Shown here: piece by piece, positions 18,953 through 29,325 of the stretch
Layout of the letters: every line of letters starts with the position of its first letter
How positions within the stretch are numbered: position 1 is the stretch's first letter
Assembly: GCA_040902555.1 (NCBI GenBank)
Contig: JBBDXC010000010.1
Span: 2,309-66,308 of the forward strand
Direction of reading: 5' to 3'
From: Dehalococcoidia bacterium
GTDB taxonomy: Bacteria > Chloroflexota > Dehalococcoidia > WHTO01
Length of the DNA: 64,000 bases
The notes under the pieces: generated by a model
Seen by the model: the letters and a program-made list of their open reading frames with translations, nothing else
Database searches by the model: none
What the model was told of the DNA's origin: nothing
Made by a program: the position numbers and the translations under genes

Positions 18953-20512
18953 TTAGCTGACGCCGCGGGGGATAGACGGCCCTCCGGATTCTTTGGCGTG
19001 GGGAGCGTGTTCGGCGCTGGGCTGCCAGCGCAGGATGGGCTTGCGGGCGGCCGTCGCCTCGTCTAGGCGGCGCACCGGCGAATAGTGCGGAGCCGTCTTG
19101 ACGACCTCCGGGTCTTCCTCCGCCTCGCGGGCGATCGCCAGCATGGCGTCGCAGAACGCGTCGAGGTTTTCCAGCCCTTCCGACTCAGTGGGCTCGATCA
19201 TCAGGGCTTCATCGACGATCAGCGGGAAGTAGACCGTTGGCGGATGGAAGCCGTAGTCGATCAGGCGCTTGGCGATATCCAGGGTGCGCACGCCGTGGGC
19301 CTTCTGGTTGCTGCCCGAGAAGACGACCTCGTGGAGGCAGGAACGGTCGTAGGGCAGCTTGTAGACGCCCTTCAGCCGCTCCCGGATGTAGTTGGCGTTG
19401 AGGACCGAGTTCTCGCTGACCGAGCGCAGGCCCTCGAGGCCGTGGGCGCGGATGTAGGCGTAGGCGCGCACGAGCACGCCGAAGTTGCCGTGGAACAGGC
19501 CGACCTTGCCGATGGACTTCGCGGGTGCGGCCAACCGGAAGGCGCCTGCCTCGTCCCGCTCGACGACCGGCGTTGGCAGGTAGGGGGCCAGGTGGCTGCG
19601 CACGCCGATCGGCCCCGCGCCGGGCCCGCCGCCGCCGTGGGGCGTGCTCATCGTCTTGTGCAGGTTCATGTGGACGACATCGAAGCCGAGGTCGGCGAAG
19701 CGCGCGCGTCCGATGATGGCGTTCATGTTGGCGCCGTCCCCATACATCAGGGCGCCCGCCGCGTGGACCATCTCAGCCACGCGGCAGATCTCCGGCTCGA
19801 AGAGGCCGAGCGTGTTGGGCATCGTGATCATCAGCGCGGCGACATCGTCGTCGAGCTGCGCCGCGAGGTCGTCGATGTCGAGGTTGCCGTCGGGCGCCGT
19901 CCTGATGCTGGCCACGCTGAAGCCGCACATCGCGGCCGTCGCCGGGTTGGTACCGTGCGCGGAGTCGGGGACCAGTATCTTGTGTCGCTTCTCGCCGCGG
20001 TCCTGGAGGTACGCCTTGACCGAGAGGATGCCGGACAGCTCGCCGTGGGCGCCGGCCGCCGGCGCCAGGCAGACGGCGTCCATGCCGGTCAGCGCGGCAA
20101 GGCACTCCTGGAGGCGGTACAGGACCTCAAGGGCCCCCTGGGTTGTGGCGTCGTCCTGCATCGGATGGACGCGGCTGAAGCCGGGGAGGGCCGCAATGTC
20201 GTCGTTGACCTTGGGGTTGTACTTCATCGTGCAGCTGCCGAGCGGGTAGAAGCCGGTATCGATGGAGTAGTTCAGTGTGCTCAGCGCCGTAAAGTAGCGC
20301 ACTACGTCGATCTGGGACATCTCCGGGAGGGTCAGATCGGCGCGAAGCAGGTCCTGCGGTAGTTCCGCCTCGGGCACGTCGAGCTTCGGCAGGATGCAGC
20401 CAATACGCCCGGGCCGGCTCAGGTCGAATGTCAGGCGGTCGCCCATGTCGGTCTCGAAGGGCTGACGCGCCATCGGGTGGACACGGTCGTGGCCGGGTTC
20501 GTGGTTGACCAC
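18953..20512 (-). CDS. gcvPB: Glycine dehydrogenase (aminomethyl-transferring) subunit 2
   Basis: 519-aa ORF with conserved GcvPB N-terminus ([36 protein letters not shown]); follows gcvPA. Confidence 0.95.
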   Translation of the reverse strand: MVNHEPGHDRVHPMARQPFETDMGDRLTFDLSRPGRIGCILPKLDVPEAELPQDLLRADLTLPEMSQIDVVRYFTALSTLNYSIDTGFYPLGSCTMKYNPKVNDDIAALPGFSRVHPMQDDATTQGALEVLYRLQECLAALTGMDAVCLAPAAGAHGELSGILSVKAYLQDRGEKRHKILVPDSAHGTNPATAAMCGFSVASIRTAPDGNLDIDDLAAQLDDDVAALMITMPNTLGLFEPEICRVAEMVHAAGALMYGDGANMNAIIGRARFADLGFDVVHMNLHKTMSTPHGGGGPGAGPIGVRSHLAPYLPTPVVERDEAGAFRLAAPAKSIGKVGLFHGNFGVLVRAYAYIRAHGLEGLRSVSENSVLNANYIRERLKGVYKLPYDRSCLHEVVFSGSNQKAHGVRTLDIAKRLIDYGFHPPTVYFPLIVDEALMIEPTESEGLENLDAFCDAMLAIAREAEEDPEVVKTAPHYSPVRRLDEATAARKPILRWQPSAEHAPHAKESGGPSIPRGVS

Positions 20513-20535
20513 GCGGGGCCGGTCGAGCAGCTCGC

Positions 20536-21846
20536 TCAGCGCACGACCTCCTGCATTGATTCCACCAACCTGTCGACCTCCGCCCTGCTGTTCATCTCCG
20601 TGACGCAGACCAGGAGGCCATTAGCGAAGCGGTCGCTGACGTCGTAGCCGGCGATGATCCCCTTCTCGAGGAGGCTCGCCTTCAGCTCCGGCGTCGGCAG
20701 CGGGCCAGACACCACGAACTCGTGGAAGAAGGTGCCGGAGATCGGCAGCGAGAACCCGGGGATCTCGGCTATCCGGCCGGCGGCGTAGTGGGCCTTGTGG
20801 TAGCAGAGCTCGGCCACTCGACGCAGCCCGTGTTTGCCGAGGGTGGTCATGTAGACGGTGGCCGCCAACGCCAGCAGCTGCTGGCTGGTGCAGATGTTTG
20901 AGGTCGCGTGCTCGCGACGGATGTGCTGCTCGCGGGTCTGCAGGGTCAGGACGTAGGCGGTCCGTCCATCGACATCGGCCGTGCGGCCGACGATGCGGCC
21001 CGGCATCTTCCGCACGAGGTCCTGGCGACAGGCAAAGATGCCCGCATAGGGGCCGCCAAACGACGGCGGGATTCCCAGGGACTGGGCCTCGCCGACAACA
21101 ATGTCGGCGCCGTAGTCCGACGGCGGGCGGAACATCGCCAGTGAGATGGGGTCGGCAGAGACTATGAAGAGGGCACCGGCCGCCTTCGCGCTTTGTGAAA
21201 GGGCTTCGACATCCTCGAAGTAACCGAAGAAGTTGGGGTTTTGGATGGCCAGGCAGGCGTGGTCGGGGCCGAGCTCGACCTGGTCGGGCTCGAGGACGTC
21301 GACCTCGTAGCCTTTGCCGGCGGCGTAAGTCTTGATCACGGACTCGAAGGAGACGTGGGCGGTGGACAGGAGCGCGATGCGGCGCCGGCCCGTGACGCTT
21401 GCTGCCATCAGGCAGGCTTCGGCGAGGGAGCTGGCGCCGTCGTACATGCTGGTGTTAGCGACGTCCATGCCGGTCAGCTCGCAGATCATCGACTGGAACT
21501 CGAATGCGGTCTGTAGGGTGCCCTGGCTGATCTCCGGCTGGTACGGCGTGTAGGCGGTCTTGAACTCGCCGCGATTGATGATGTGCGAGACGACGGATGG
21601 GGTGTAGTGGCGATACGCCCCCGCGCCGAGGAAGCTCAACGGCCGCTGGGGCTGTATGTTCTTCCAGGCCAGCCCCGCCAGTTCGGCCACCAGCTCCTGT
21701 TCAGACAGTTGCGGCGGGAGGTCGATGCGGGGGTCGCGGCAGTCTTCGGGGATGTCGGCGAACAGCGCGTCCGAGGAATCGAGGCCGAGCCGGTCGAGGA
21801 TCTGGCGCCGGTCCTCGTCGGTGTTCGGGATGTACGGGTGGCTCAC
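20536..21846 (-). CDS. gcvPA: Glycine dehydrogenase (aminomethyl-transferring) subunit 1
   Basis: 436-aa ORF with conserved GcvPA sequence ([22 protein letters not shown]..., [18 protein letters not shown]). Confidence 0.95.
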   Translation of the reverse strand: MSHPYIPNTDEDRRQILDRLGLDSSDALFADIPEDCRDPRIDLPPQLSEQELVAELAGLAWKNIQPQRPLSFLGAGAYRHYTPSVVSHIINRGEFKTAYTPYQPEISQGTLQTAFEFQSMICELTGMDVANTSMYDGASSLAEACLMAASVTGRRRIALLSTAHVSFESVIKTYAAGKGYEVDVLEPDQVELGPDHACLAIQNPNFFGYFEDVEALSQSAKAAGALFIVSADPISLAMFRPPSDYGADIVVGEAQSLGIPPSFGGPYAGIFACRQDLVRKMPGRIVGRTADVDGRTAYVLTLQTREQHIRREHATSNICTSQQLLALAATVYMTTLGKHGLRRVAELCYHKAHYAAGRIAEIPGFSLPISGTFFHEFVVSGPLPTPELKASLLEKGIIAGYDVSDRFANGLLVCVTEMNSRAEVDRLVESMQEVVR

Positions 21847-21853
21847 GAGCCGC

Positions 21854-22237
21854 TCAACCGCTGGCGGTCAGGGCTTCGTAGTCCGCGGCGCTCATCAGCT
21901 GGTCAATCTGGGCGGCGTCGGCGGGCGTCAGTCTGAGCAGCCAGCCGCCGCTGTAAGGCTCGCTGTTGACCAGCTCAGGTTGGCGGTCAAGGGCTGCGTT
22001 GCGCTCGACGACGTCGCCGCCGATCGGCGAAAAGAGGTCGGAGACTGCTTTCACCGATTCAATCTCGCCGAACTTGGCAAACTGCTCGATGTTTGCACCC
22101 GGCTCCGGGAGCTGGACATAGACCACATCGCCGAGGGAGTCCTGGGCGAAGTCGGTGATGCCGATGACCGCCTGCTCACCCTCCATCCGCAGCCATTCGT
22201 GTTCCTTGGTGTACTTCAGGTCTGAGGGGATTTCCAA
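21854..22237 (-). CDS. gcvH: Glycine cleavage system H protein
   Basis: 127-aa ORF; lipoyl-lysine region (ESVKAVSDLFSPIGGDVVE) and conserved N-terminus (KYTKEHEWLRMEG). Confidence 0.95.
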   Translation of the reverse strand: MEIPSDLKYTKEHEWLRMEGEQAVIGITDFAQDSLGDVVYVQLPEPGANIEQFAKFGEIESVKAVSDLFSPIGGDVVERNAALDRQPELVNSEPYSGGWLLRLTPADAAQIDQLMSAADYEALTASG

Positions 22238-22322
22238 GCGAGCGGCTACCTCCAGCAGGATCGGGGGGTCTCAGGGAATTGTAGCCGAGCCTATCGCTTC
22301 AGAAACCGAGGGCTGCCCAGCC

Positions 22323-23339
22323 TCAGGCGAGGCGGATCACCTGGCCGAGGCGGGCCGATTCGTAGGCGGCGATGGCGACCGCGAGGCTGGCACGGCCCTC
22401 GCGACCGTCGACGAGCGGCCGCTCGCCGCCCTGGATCACGCGTATGAAGTGGACGTAGGGGTTGATGAATGCGCTCTTCTCGGGCAGATCCGGCACGACC
22501 TTGTTGACCCCGCCGGCGCCGGCGAGATAGACGACCAGCGGCTCTTTGCTGGACTGGCCCAGCACGGCACGCCCCTTCTCGCCCTGGATGACCATCTGCG
22601 TGTCCGGGAAGGGCCGAGCCGTCCACGAAGTTTGGAGACCGGCGATGACATCGCCCTCGAAGCGCATCAGGAGGAAGGCGTTGTCCTCGGCGAAGGTGGG
22701 CTTTTCGAGGCGCGCGGTCAGCGCGCTTACCTCGGTAACTTCTCTGCCGACGGTCCAGCGCAGAAGGTCGATCATGTGGATGCCGAGGTCGAGCAGAGCG
22801 CCGCCCCCCGCGGCCTCCTCGCGCCAGAACCAGTCGGAGCTGGCGCCCCAGGCTTCGTCGGGTCCGGCGTGCATGAAGCTGGCGCGGGCGCTCAGCACTC
22901 GACCGAGCGTTCCCTCGGCGACGATGCGCTGGAGCTCAGCGAAGAGGGGGATGAAGCGCAGGTTGTGGGCGACCATCAGGACGGTGCCCGCGCTCTCGGC
23001 GGCTGCCACCATGGCGTCGGCCTGCTCGAGGGAAACCGCCATTGGCTTTTCGACCAGGACGTGCTTGCCCGCTTGCGCGGCGGCGATGGCGATCGGTGCA
23101 TGCAGGGAATTGATCGTGCAGACGTCCACCGCATCGACAGTCGGGTCCGCGACAAGCTCCTCCCAGGTCTCGTAGACCTGTGGGACCTTGAACTCCGCGG
23201 CCGCGGAACGCGCTGAGTCGGCCCGGCCGCTGGCCAGCGCCACCACCTCGGTGTCTGGATCGGCACAGAGCGCAGGAAGATGGGCGCGGCGGGCGATCAG
23301 GCCGGTGCCGACGAGACCGATGCGGATCTTTGATGGCAT
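22323..23339 (-). CDS. Gfo/Idh/MocA family oxidoreductase
   Basis: Rossmann N-terminus (IRIGLVGTGLIARRAHLPAL) and EKP motif (VLVEKPMA); start taken as the internal ATG at 23339 (ORF track starts at 23471). Confidence 0.85.
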   Translation of the reverse strand: MPSKIRIGLVGTGLIARRAHLPALCADPDTEVVALASGRADSARSAAAEFKVPQVYETWEELVADPTVDAVDVCTINSLHAPIAIAAAQAGKHVLVEKPMAVSLEQADAMVAAAESAGTVLMVAHNLRFIPLFAELQRIVAEGTLGRVLSARASFMHAGPDEAWGASSDWFWREEAAGGGALLDLGIHMIDLLRWTVGREVTEVSALTARLEKPTFAEDNAFLLMRFEGDVIAGLQTSWTARPFPDTQMVIQGEKGRAVLGQSSKEPLVVYLAGAGGVNKVVPDLPEKSAFINPYVHFIRVIQGGERPLVDGREGRASLAVAIAAYESARLGQVIRLA

Positions 23340-23633
23340 AGAAGATGAGTGTGCAACCCTGAGATTTAGCGCGAAAGCAACGCCAACGGCGTGCGCGCGG
23401 CCAGAGTCTCCGCGAGAATTAGCGTGGCCCTCGGGAAGTGGCCCCGTCTCCCCGGTACTGTCTGACTCCACCGTCTTGGGGCTCTTGCGGTGGCTGTCAT
23501 GGTGCCGGCCGGGCGTCCACTTTACCGAGGGCCCTTTGCTTCGGGGCTCTCTGGGGCTCCTGAGCCTCTTTTCAGGGGCTCTCTTACTAGAGACGCAACA
23601 CCGCGCGCAAACTTGCGCCGCTTTCTCAGGAAT

Positions 23634-24431
23634 TTACAAAGCCCCGAGCCGCGCAAGAGCGGCTATCGGCGGGCGGGTCACGCGGTACTCCTCGGCGTAC
23701 TCGAGGCCATGGCGCCGGCCGGTGTCGGCAAGCCCCGCGCGCACGATGGCGGCCGCGATCGCGCCCAGGCTGGGTGTCCCCTGCAGCATCGGGACTTCCA
23801 TGTCCACCGTGGCTGCCTGCAGGCGCCATTGGTGGACCATGTGTCCAAGCATCGTCTCGTGTGAGGCGACCGCCGCGATGACCTTGTCGACCTGTCCTGA
23901 TACGTCGATAGGATCGGTGACCTCGAGGAGGCGCCGGGCGAAGTACCAACGCTCAAAGACCGCGTGGGGCGCCAGGCCCTCGGCGAAGTGTTCGGGGTGG
24001 TGCTTGTCGAACATCGATGTCCAGTAGGCCTCGTCGGCAGCCTGGGCGACCTTGATGTGGTCCTGGTTGTCCTCGTGGAAGGCGCCGTAGGGGTCGAACG
24101 ACATCACCGCGTAGGGCTTGTGCTTGCGGTAGAGGCGAATCAGCCGCTCGCGGAGCTCGACCTCGCTGGCGTCGCCGAGCGTATCGGTGACGTAGCCCAG
24201 CTCCTCGATCTGGTGGACGCCGAGGGCTGCCATGGCGGCCTGGAACTCCTGGGTGTTCCGCCGCTCCGTCTCAGCTTTGTCGAGACCCACCGAGTCTTTG
24301 TCATCGTTCGTGGCGCGCACTACGACTCTCCAGCCCTCCTCGGCCCAGCGGGCCACGCGGCCACCGCAGAAGAAGGCAACATCGTCGGCGTGGGCGACCG
24401 TGACGAGAGCGGTGCGCTCAGTCACGGACAC
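23634..24431 (-). CDS. PIG-L (LmbE-like) family N-acetylglucosaminyl deacetylase
   Basis: 265-aa ORF with the family motif near the N-terminus (LVTVAHADDVAFFCGG) and downstream His/Asp ligands; GTG start 3 nt after the DegT stop. Confidence 0.85.
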   Translation of the reverse strand: MSVTERTALVTVAHADDVAFFCGGRVARWAEEGWRVVVRATNDDKDSVGLDKAETERRNTQEFQAAMAALGVHQIEELGYVTDTLGDASEVELRERLIRLYRKHKPYAVMSFDPYGAFHEDNQDHIKVAQAADEAYWTSMFDKHHPEHFAEGLAPHAVFERWYFARRLLEVTDPIDVSGQVDKVIAAVASHETMLGHMVHQWRLQAATVDMEVPMLQGTPSLGAIAAAIVRAGLADTGRRHGLEYAEEYRVTRPPIAALARLGAL

Positions 24432-24434
24432 TCG

Positions 24435-25694
24435 CTAGAGGTAAGCGTGGGCGACCTTCCGCACGGATCGCACAATGTCGTCGACGTCCGCGTCTGTCAT
24501 CCGCGGGCCGACGGCGATGCCCACCGACCGGCCCAACAGGTCTTCACTGCGCGGACAGAGCCCCATGTAGTAGCGCCTGGCGGTCGGGTGCAGCTCGCAG
24601 TTGAACGGGCAGCCCTTCGACCACGGCGTCCGCTGCTCCAGCACCGCGGGATTCGCGTAAACAGGCTTGCCGCCGTAGATCTGGCCCGCCGGGATACCCT
24701 CGGCGCGCAAGGCTTTACCGAATTGGCGGGCCCCTGCTGCATCGCGGAGATAGAACGTGACGCTGCCACCCTCGCCCGCCTCATGCGGCAGAGTTCGCCA
24801 ATCAACCGGGATATCACCGAGGCGCTGCCTGATTTGGCGGGCCCTCTCGCGGCCGCTGGAGACGATTTCGTCCATCCTTCCCAGTTGCACTGAGGCGATG
24901 GCGCTGGCGATCTCCGTGATCCGCAGGTTCGTGCCGATGAAGGGGTCGCCGGAGCTGTGCTCCCTGACGTCGCCCTTCGAGGTAGTGAACTGACCGCCCT
25001 GGTCCTGGTACCGAACGGCCCGGTCGAAGACCTGGAAGTCGTTGGTGAGGAGGAAGCCGCCTTCACCGCTCGTTATGTTCTTTTCCAGCTGGAGGCTGAA
25101 GGCACCCGCGTCCCCGATGGTGCCGACCGGGCGTCCGCGGTAGCTGACGCCGGCGGCCTGTGCCGCGTCCTCAAGGACGCGGATGCCCCGGCGTTTGGCG
25201 ATCTCCATGATCGGGTCCATGTCGCAGGCCGCGTTGATCAGGTGGACAGGGACGACGGCTGTCGTCTTGTCTGTGATGTTCTCCTCGAACGACGCCGGGT
25301 CCAGGTTCAGAGACTCATCGACTTCGGCGAAGACCGGGACGGCCCGCGCGTTAACCACGGCGCCCACTGTCGCGATAAACGTGACCGCGGGGACAATCAC
25401 CTCGTCCCCCTCCTCGACGCCGAGCCCCACCAGCCCGGCCTGGAGCGCAGCCGTGCCGGAGCTCACAGCGACGGCATGCTCTACGGAGAAACGCTCGCGG
25501 AGCTCGGCCTCGAACCCGCCCGATTTGTCGAGGAACTCGGGGCCGTAGTAGCGGAAGAGCGACCGGCTCTTGAGGACCTCGACGGCTGCATTGAGCTCGT
25601 CGTCATCCAGGTAGCCAACACCGTGGGCGGTGTCGAACGATTCGCTGCGCACCGGCATGCCGCCGTTGAGGGCCAGGCGTTCGTCGTCTGCCAA
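24435..25694 (-). CDS. DegT/DnrJ/EryC1/StrS family PLP-dependent sugar aminotransferase
   Basis: 419-aa ORF; conserved DegT regions (AVSSGTAALQAGLVGLGV..., GDAGAFSLQLEKNITSGEGG). Confidence 0.9.
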   Translation of the reverse strand: MADDERLALNGGMPVRSESFDTAHGVGYLDDDELNAAVEVLKSRSLFRYYGPEFLDKSGGFEAELRERFSVEHAVAVSSGTAALQAGLVGLGVEEGDEVIVPAVTFIATVGAVVNARAVPVFAEVDESLNLDPASFEENITDKTTAVVPVHLINAACDMDPIMEIAKRRGIRVLEDAAQAAGVSYRGRPVGTIGDAGAFSLQLEKNITSGEGGFLLTNDFQVFDRAVRYQDQGGQFTTSKGDVREHSSGDPFIGTNLRITEIASAIASVQLGRMDEIVSSGRERARQIRQRLGDIPVDWRTLPHEAGEGGSVTFYLRDAAGARQFGKALRAEGIPAGQIYGGKPVYANPAVLEQRTPWSKGCPFNCELHPTARRYYMGLCPRSEDLLGRSVGIAVGPRMTDADVDDIVRSVRKVAHAYL

Positions 25695-27023
25695 TCAGCG
25701 CTCCTCGTAAAGCTCCCGCAGCGCATCGAGCGCGGCGTCTCTGACAAGCTTCTCTGAATCCTCGGCAAAGCGGGCAAAGCCGACTTCGTAGCCGCCGTTC
25801 GGGAACTCCTCGAGCGGTGGCACATAGCCGATGTAGTCGTTCGCGTACCCGCAGACCAGGAGGCGCTCGACCGGGGCGTCCCGCTCGAGACTCTCACGCG
25901 TGGCCACCAGGAACTCGCCGGGCAACGCGACCAGCGCGCAATTGGCCGACAGCCGAAACACCTGCACCTCAACCTCCCGGCGTTCCGGGGCTCGCAGCTG
26001 GTGGTAGGTCTGCTGCAGGCGCTCCATGGCCAGCTGGTTGATACGAGGCAGAAGCGGCCGGCGGCCTTTCTGGTCATCCGCGGGGAGCTCCGCAAGTGAC
26101 TTCTCCAGCTTTTCGATCTCCTCAACGATGTCGTCAAGGGGAGCCAGGTCCCGCTGTCGTAGTTCGACCCTGCGCACAGCAAAACCGAGGGATGCCATCT
26201 CCAGGACGCGACCGGTGATGGGCGGTTCAGGAATCTCCTCCGACCAGCTGAGGTTGATCCCCCACTGGCCGCGCCCGAGGGGCCGCATCTCCTGGACGGC
26301 GCGGGTGGCCGCGGCGCCGACTATGCCTCCAACGCGGTCTACGTCGTTGAAGTCGTGCGCCATCCAGACGGGATTCACGTCGCCGCAGCAGCCCTGGAGG
26401 TAGATGCCGACACCGCCGACGTTCCTCTCGACAAACGCGCAGGCGGCGCCGGGGAAATCGGCTGAGTATTCCATGTTGTCGTGTTCGAGGACAGTCGCGT
26501 GGCAGGCGTAATTGACCAACGTCGCGATGGGCATGCCGGTGTCCTCGTTCTCAGCGAGGAGGAGGTGAGCCTCGTGCTGCAGGCGCCCCGCGGGGTCGCG
26601 GCGATTCTGGGCAATGCTGTCCAGTGGCACTGTCGCCAGCTTGAGCACCGCGGGAACCGCGTCCGTACGCGCCTTGGCAATCGCCTGCATGACGGTATTC
26701 GCCGAGCGCTCCAGGTAATCGTCGAGGCGATGGCTGTAGACCACGCTTGGTCCCGAGTGGGTGTGCGTAGCGGCAACGCAAACGGCCGCGGCCGGAATAC
26801 CAAGCTCGCCCTCGATTCGCTGACGGACCCGGCGTACGAAGTGGTCTGGGACGCCGACGAAATCGCAGACGGCGATGGCGACTTCCTTGTCGCCGTCGCT
26901 CAGGCACAGCGTGCGGACCATGAGGTCGTCGTGCGTCCCCGTGGCCGTGCCCTGCCGCGCGCCGTAGCCGCCCATCGGCAGCCCCGGTGGCGGGGTCAGG
27001 GATTTGGCGGTGGCGCCGGCCAT
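25695..27023 (-). CDS. Neutral/alkaline ceramidase-like amidohydrolase
   Basis: Conserved N-terminal region of the neutral ceramidase family (LTPPPGLPMGGYGAR ... VAATHTHSGP); start taken at ATG 27023 (ORF track 27089). Confidence 0.8.
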   Translation of the reverse strand: MAGATAKSLTPPPGLPMGGYGARQGTATGTHDDLMVRTLCLSDGDKEVAIAVCDFVGVPDHFVRRVRQRIEGELGIPAAAVCVAATHTHSGPSVVYSHRLDDYLERSANTVMQAIAKARTDAVPAVLKLATVPLDSIAQNRRDPAGRLQHEAHLLLAENEDTGMPIATLVNYACHATVLEHDNMEYSADFPGAACAFVERNVGGVGIYLQGCCGDVNPVWMAHDFNDVDRVGGIVGAAATRAVQEMRPLGRGQWGINLSWSEEIPEPPITGRVLEMASLGFAVRRVELRQRDLAPLDDIVEEIEKLEKSLAELPADDQKGRRPLLPRINQLAMERLQQTYHQLRAPERREVEVQVFRLSANCALVALPGEFLVATRESLERDAPVERLLVCGYANDYIGYVPPLEEFPNGGYEVGFARFAEDSEKLVRDAALDALRELYEER

Positions 27024-27122
27024 CAGTACCAAGGGACGACTCTCATGCAAACCTGCTGAAAGACTGAGGGCGAAGCACGGCGAGCGCAATCACAGTGGGT
27101 TTTCGGCGTGCGACGCGCTGGG

Positions 27123-28679
27123 TCAGGGAAGGGGCAGGTCGGGGCCGTCCAGGAGGCCCCCGCCGTCGTCCTCAGGGCCCTCGCCGGGGTCGGGTGTTGT
27201 GTCTGTAACACCTTCGACCTCGTCCACGACGTCCTCGATAGCACTCACCTGTTCGTCGACGGCGTCAGTCAGGTCGTCGGCGGCGTCCTCAACTTCCGAT
27301 ACCACCTCATCGGCGGTGTCGCTCACTTCGTCAGTGGAAACTTCCGAGGACAGGTCACCGTGCGGCAGCTCCCCAACGAGCTCGGCTGAGTCATCAGCGG
27401 CGTCTTCGGAGGTGACCGTCTCGTCGCTCGTGCCTGGTCCATCAGGCTCGACAGCGTCGTCCGGCGAGGGCGAAGCAACGGAGGTTTCGGGCGGCGGGGA
27501 GGCCGGCTCAGACCCCTGGGCCGCCGCTACGTCCTCGCCTGCCCCATGAAGGACCCGGCCGGGCACAGGCGAAATAGTCATTAGGTCGATGCTGACGCCT
27601 CGGCGGTCGACCCGTATTGTGTCGGCGCCCGCTGAGGATGACGTGGCAGCGACGTCGGCACGGTCGCTGGCGGCCTCCAGAGCCGTTTCGGCAGTAATGC
27701 CGCCGGCTGAGCTGTCGTTGGTGACAGCGGCCACGCCGACCACGGTGATTACAGCACCCGCGCCGACAACCGCGACCGCCGAACCGACGGCGGTGGCGCT
27801 GGTCGCAGCCACGGTGCCACCGGCCTTGGCCAGCCCGGCGGACAGCCGCTTGGCGAGGCCGGCGATAGTGGTCCCCAAAGAAAAACCAGGGAGGAGCAGG
27901 GGCGGCAGGAAGCCATGCCAACTGGCGCCCATCTTGTCCTGTACGACCCGGCAACGTGAACAGAGGTCGAGGTGGGTCAGGACGCGCACGCGCCGGCGGT
28001 CGCTGAGCGTCCCGGCGGATAGCCCCCTGAGGTGGGCCCGCATCTTGTAGCAGGCCAGGTTGTCGGAAGCCTGGACCCCGCTGAGCACGGAGTCGAAGTT
28101 GCGATGGAAGTTGGAGCGCGCGCGGTAGAGGAGCGTCTCGACAGCCGACAGGGACTGGCCAAGCCTTTCAGCGATCGCGCAGTAGCTCTTGCCCTCTATC
28201 CAGCGCAGGCGCAGGACTTCTCGCTGCCGGTCCGGTAGCTGCTTGAGGGCGGTGCTGGCGGCGCGGCGGCGCTCATTGAGCTCGGCGATGTCGTAGGGGT
28301 CATCGACGGCCTCGAGCTGGCTTTCGTCGGATTCGTCGAGGTAGACGGCGCGGCGGGTGGGCTCTCTCAGTACGCTGCGGCCGCAGTTGCGGGCTATCGT
28401 GGCAAGCCAGGAGAAGAAAGCTTCGGGGCGATCAAGGTCAGCGAGGCGCTGGTAGGCCTTGAGCCAGGCATCCTGAGCCGCGTCGTCCGCGATCTCAGGA
28501 GGGAGCGACATGCGGAGGCCGGCGAGCAACCTATCGTTGTAGCGCTCATAGAGGCGGCGGTAAGCCCCGTCATCGCCAGCTCTCACTGCTCTGACGAGCT
28601 CGGCCGCCGCCAGGAGTTCCGGTTCGGCCTCTTTTACCATTGGCCGGCCTCTCGCCGGGTTGTCAGCATCTGCACTCAA
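27123..28679 (-). CDS. ECF sigma factor fused to a ZAS-type anti-sigma domain, with TM segment and acidic C-terminal tail
   Basis: 518-aa single ORF. N-terminal ~190 aa has sigma-70 regions 2 and 4 (YRRLYERYNDRLL..., DRQREVLRLRWIEGKSYCAIAERLGQSLSAVETLLYRAR). Then HxxxCxxC zinc-finger motif (LTHLDLCSRC), a Gly/Ala/Val-rich hydrophobic stretch, and an Asp/Glu-rich tail. Confidence 0.8.
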   Translation of the reverse strand: MSADADNPARGRPMVKEAEPELLAAAELVRAVRAGDDGAYRRLYERYNDRLLAGLRMSLPPEIADDAAQDAWLKAYQRLADLDRPEAFFSWLATIARNCGRSVLREPTRRAVYLDESDESQLEAVDDPYDIAELNERRRAASTALKQLPDRQREVLRLRWIEGKSYCAIAERLGQSLSAVETLLYRARSNFHRNFDSVLSGVQASDNLACYKMRAHLRGLSAGTLSDRRRVRVLTHLDLCSRCRVVQDKMGASWHGFLPPLLLPGFSLGTTIAGLAKRLSAGLAKAGGTVAATSATAVGSAVAVVGAGAVITVVGVAAVTNDSSAGGITAETALEAASDRADVAATSSSAGADTIRVDRRGVSIDLMTISPVPGRVLHGAGEDVAAAQGSEPASPPPETSVASPSPDDAVEPDGPGTSDETVTSEDAADDSAELVGELPHGDLSSEVSTDEVSDTADEVVSEVEDAADDLTDAVDEQVSAIEDVVDEVEGVTDTTPDPGEGPEDDGGGLLDGPDLPLP

Positions 28680-29115
28680 GAATACTCAGCCGGCCGGCGC
28701 AAGTTTCGGCGCGCCAGACGTATCTCTACCTCGAAAGCCGCGAACGCCCTGCGCTGCGATGAAATCTCAACGCGAGCCCTGCTGCTGTAACGGTTTTGTT
28801 ACGCGCAGTCGGGGAAACATTCGCTCAGCCGGTTCGCCGGAAGCTCCGCTCCCAGCAACCTGGGCACGGTTCTCATGGTCGCGGGAGCGGTACAGGATGC
28901 TCCCCCATGGAGATCGGCCCTTTCTATTCCCGCAGCAAGCGAGGCTTGGTCGAAAGGCCGCGACTAAACCTGTCGCCCTCATCCCTGAAGCTTTCTCAAT
29001 CACCTTTGAGGAGCCCTGGTGCGACCAACCCCGCCTGCCAGATCTCTCGCCGCCTGGGCTCGGCCCAACAACGGCTTCGCATACCCCAGCGAAATCGCCT
29101 CTTACCGGGCGAGCG

Positions 29116-29197
29116 GACAAACAAGTCAAACAACTCAAACAAACCAACAACTCGCTGGCGAATCTGAAATGGATGCCGCGCCCTTCAAACAATTCAT
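29116..29197 (+). repeat. AC-rich ~80-nt conserved element, copy 1 (upstream of LVIVD-like gene)
   Basis: GACAAACAAGTCAAACAACTCAAACAAACCAACAACTCGCTGGCGAATCTGAAATGGA...TCAAACAATTC; near-identical to the reverse complement of 36509-36591. Confidence 0.7.
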
Positions 29198-29325
29198 CCT
29201 CTCAACCAGCGCAAGTTTTGGCGGGGATTGTGAGTCTCTAAGGAAAGACCACGCGCCGCGTTGCAAACTGTTCGCCTTTCGACTGGTATTGCAAATTGAA
29301 AGGCAGCACGAGAAGGAGTTCGAGG

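Noticed and set aside
19085-20362. 425-aa plus-strand ORF
   Set aside because: Antisense to gcvPB, which is unambiguous.
22238-22322. Possible glycine riboswitch upstream of gcvH
   Set aside because: Only ~85 nt are available and I could not find the conserved glycine-aptamer cores; gcvT, the usual riboswitch-proximal gene, is not in this operon.
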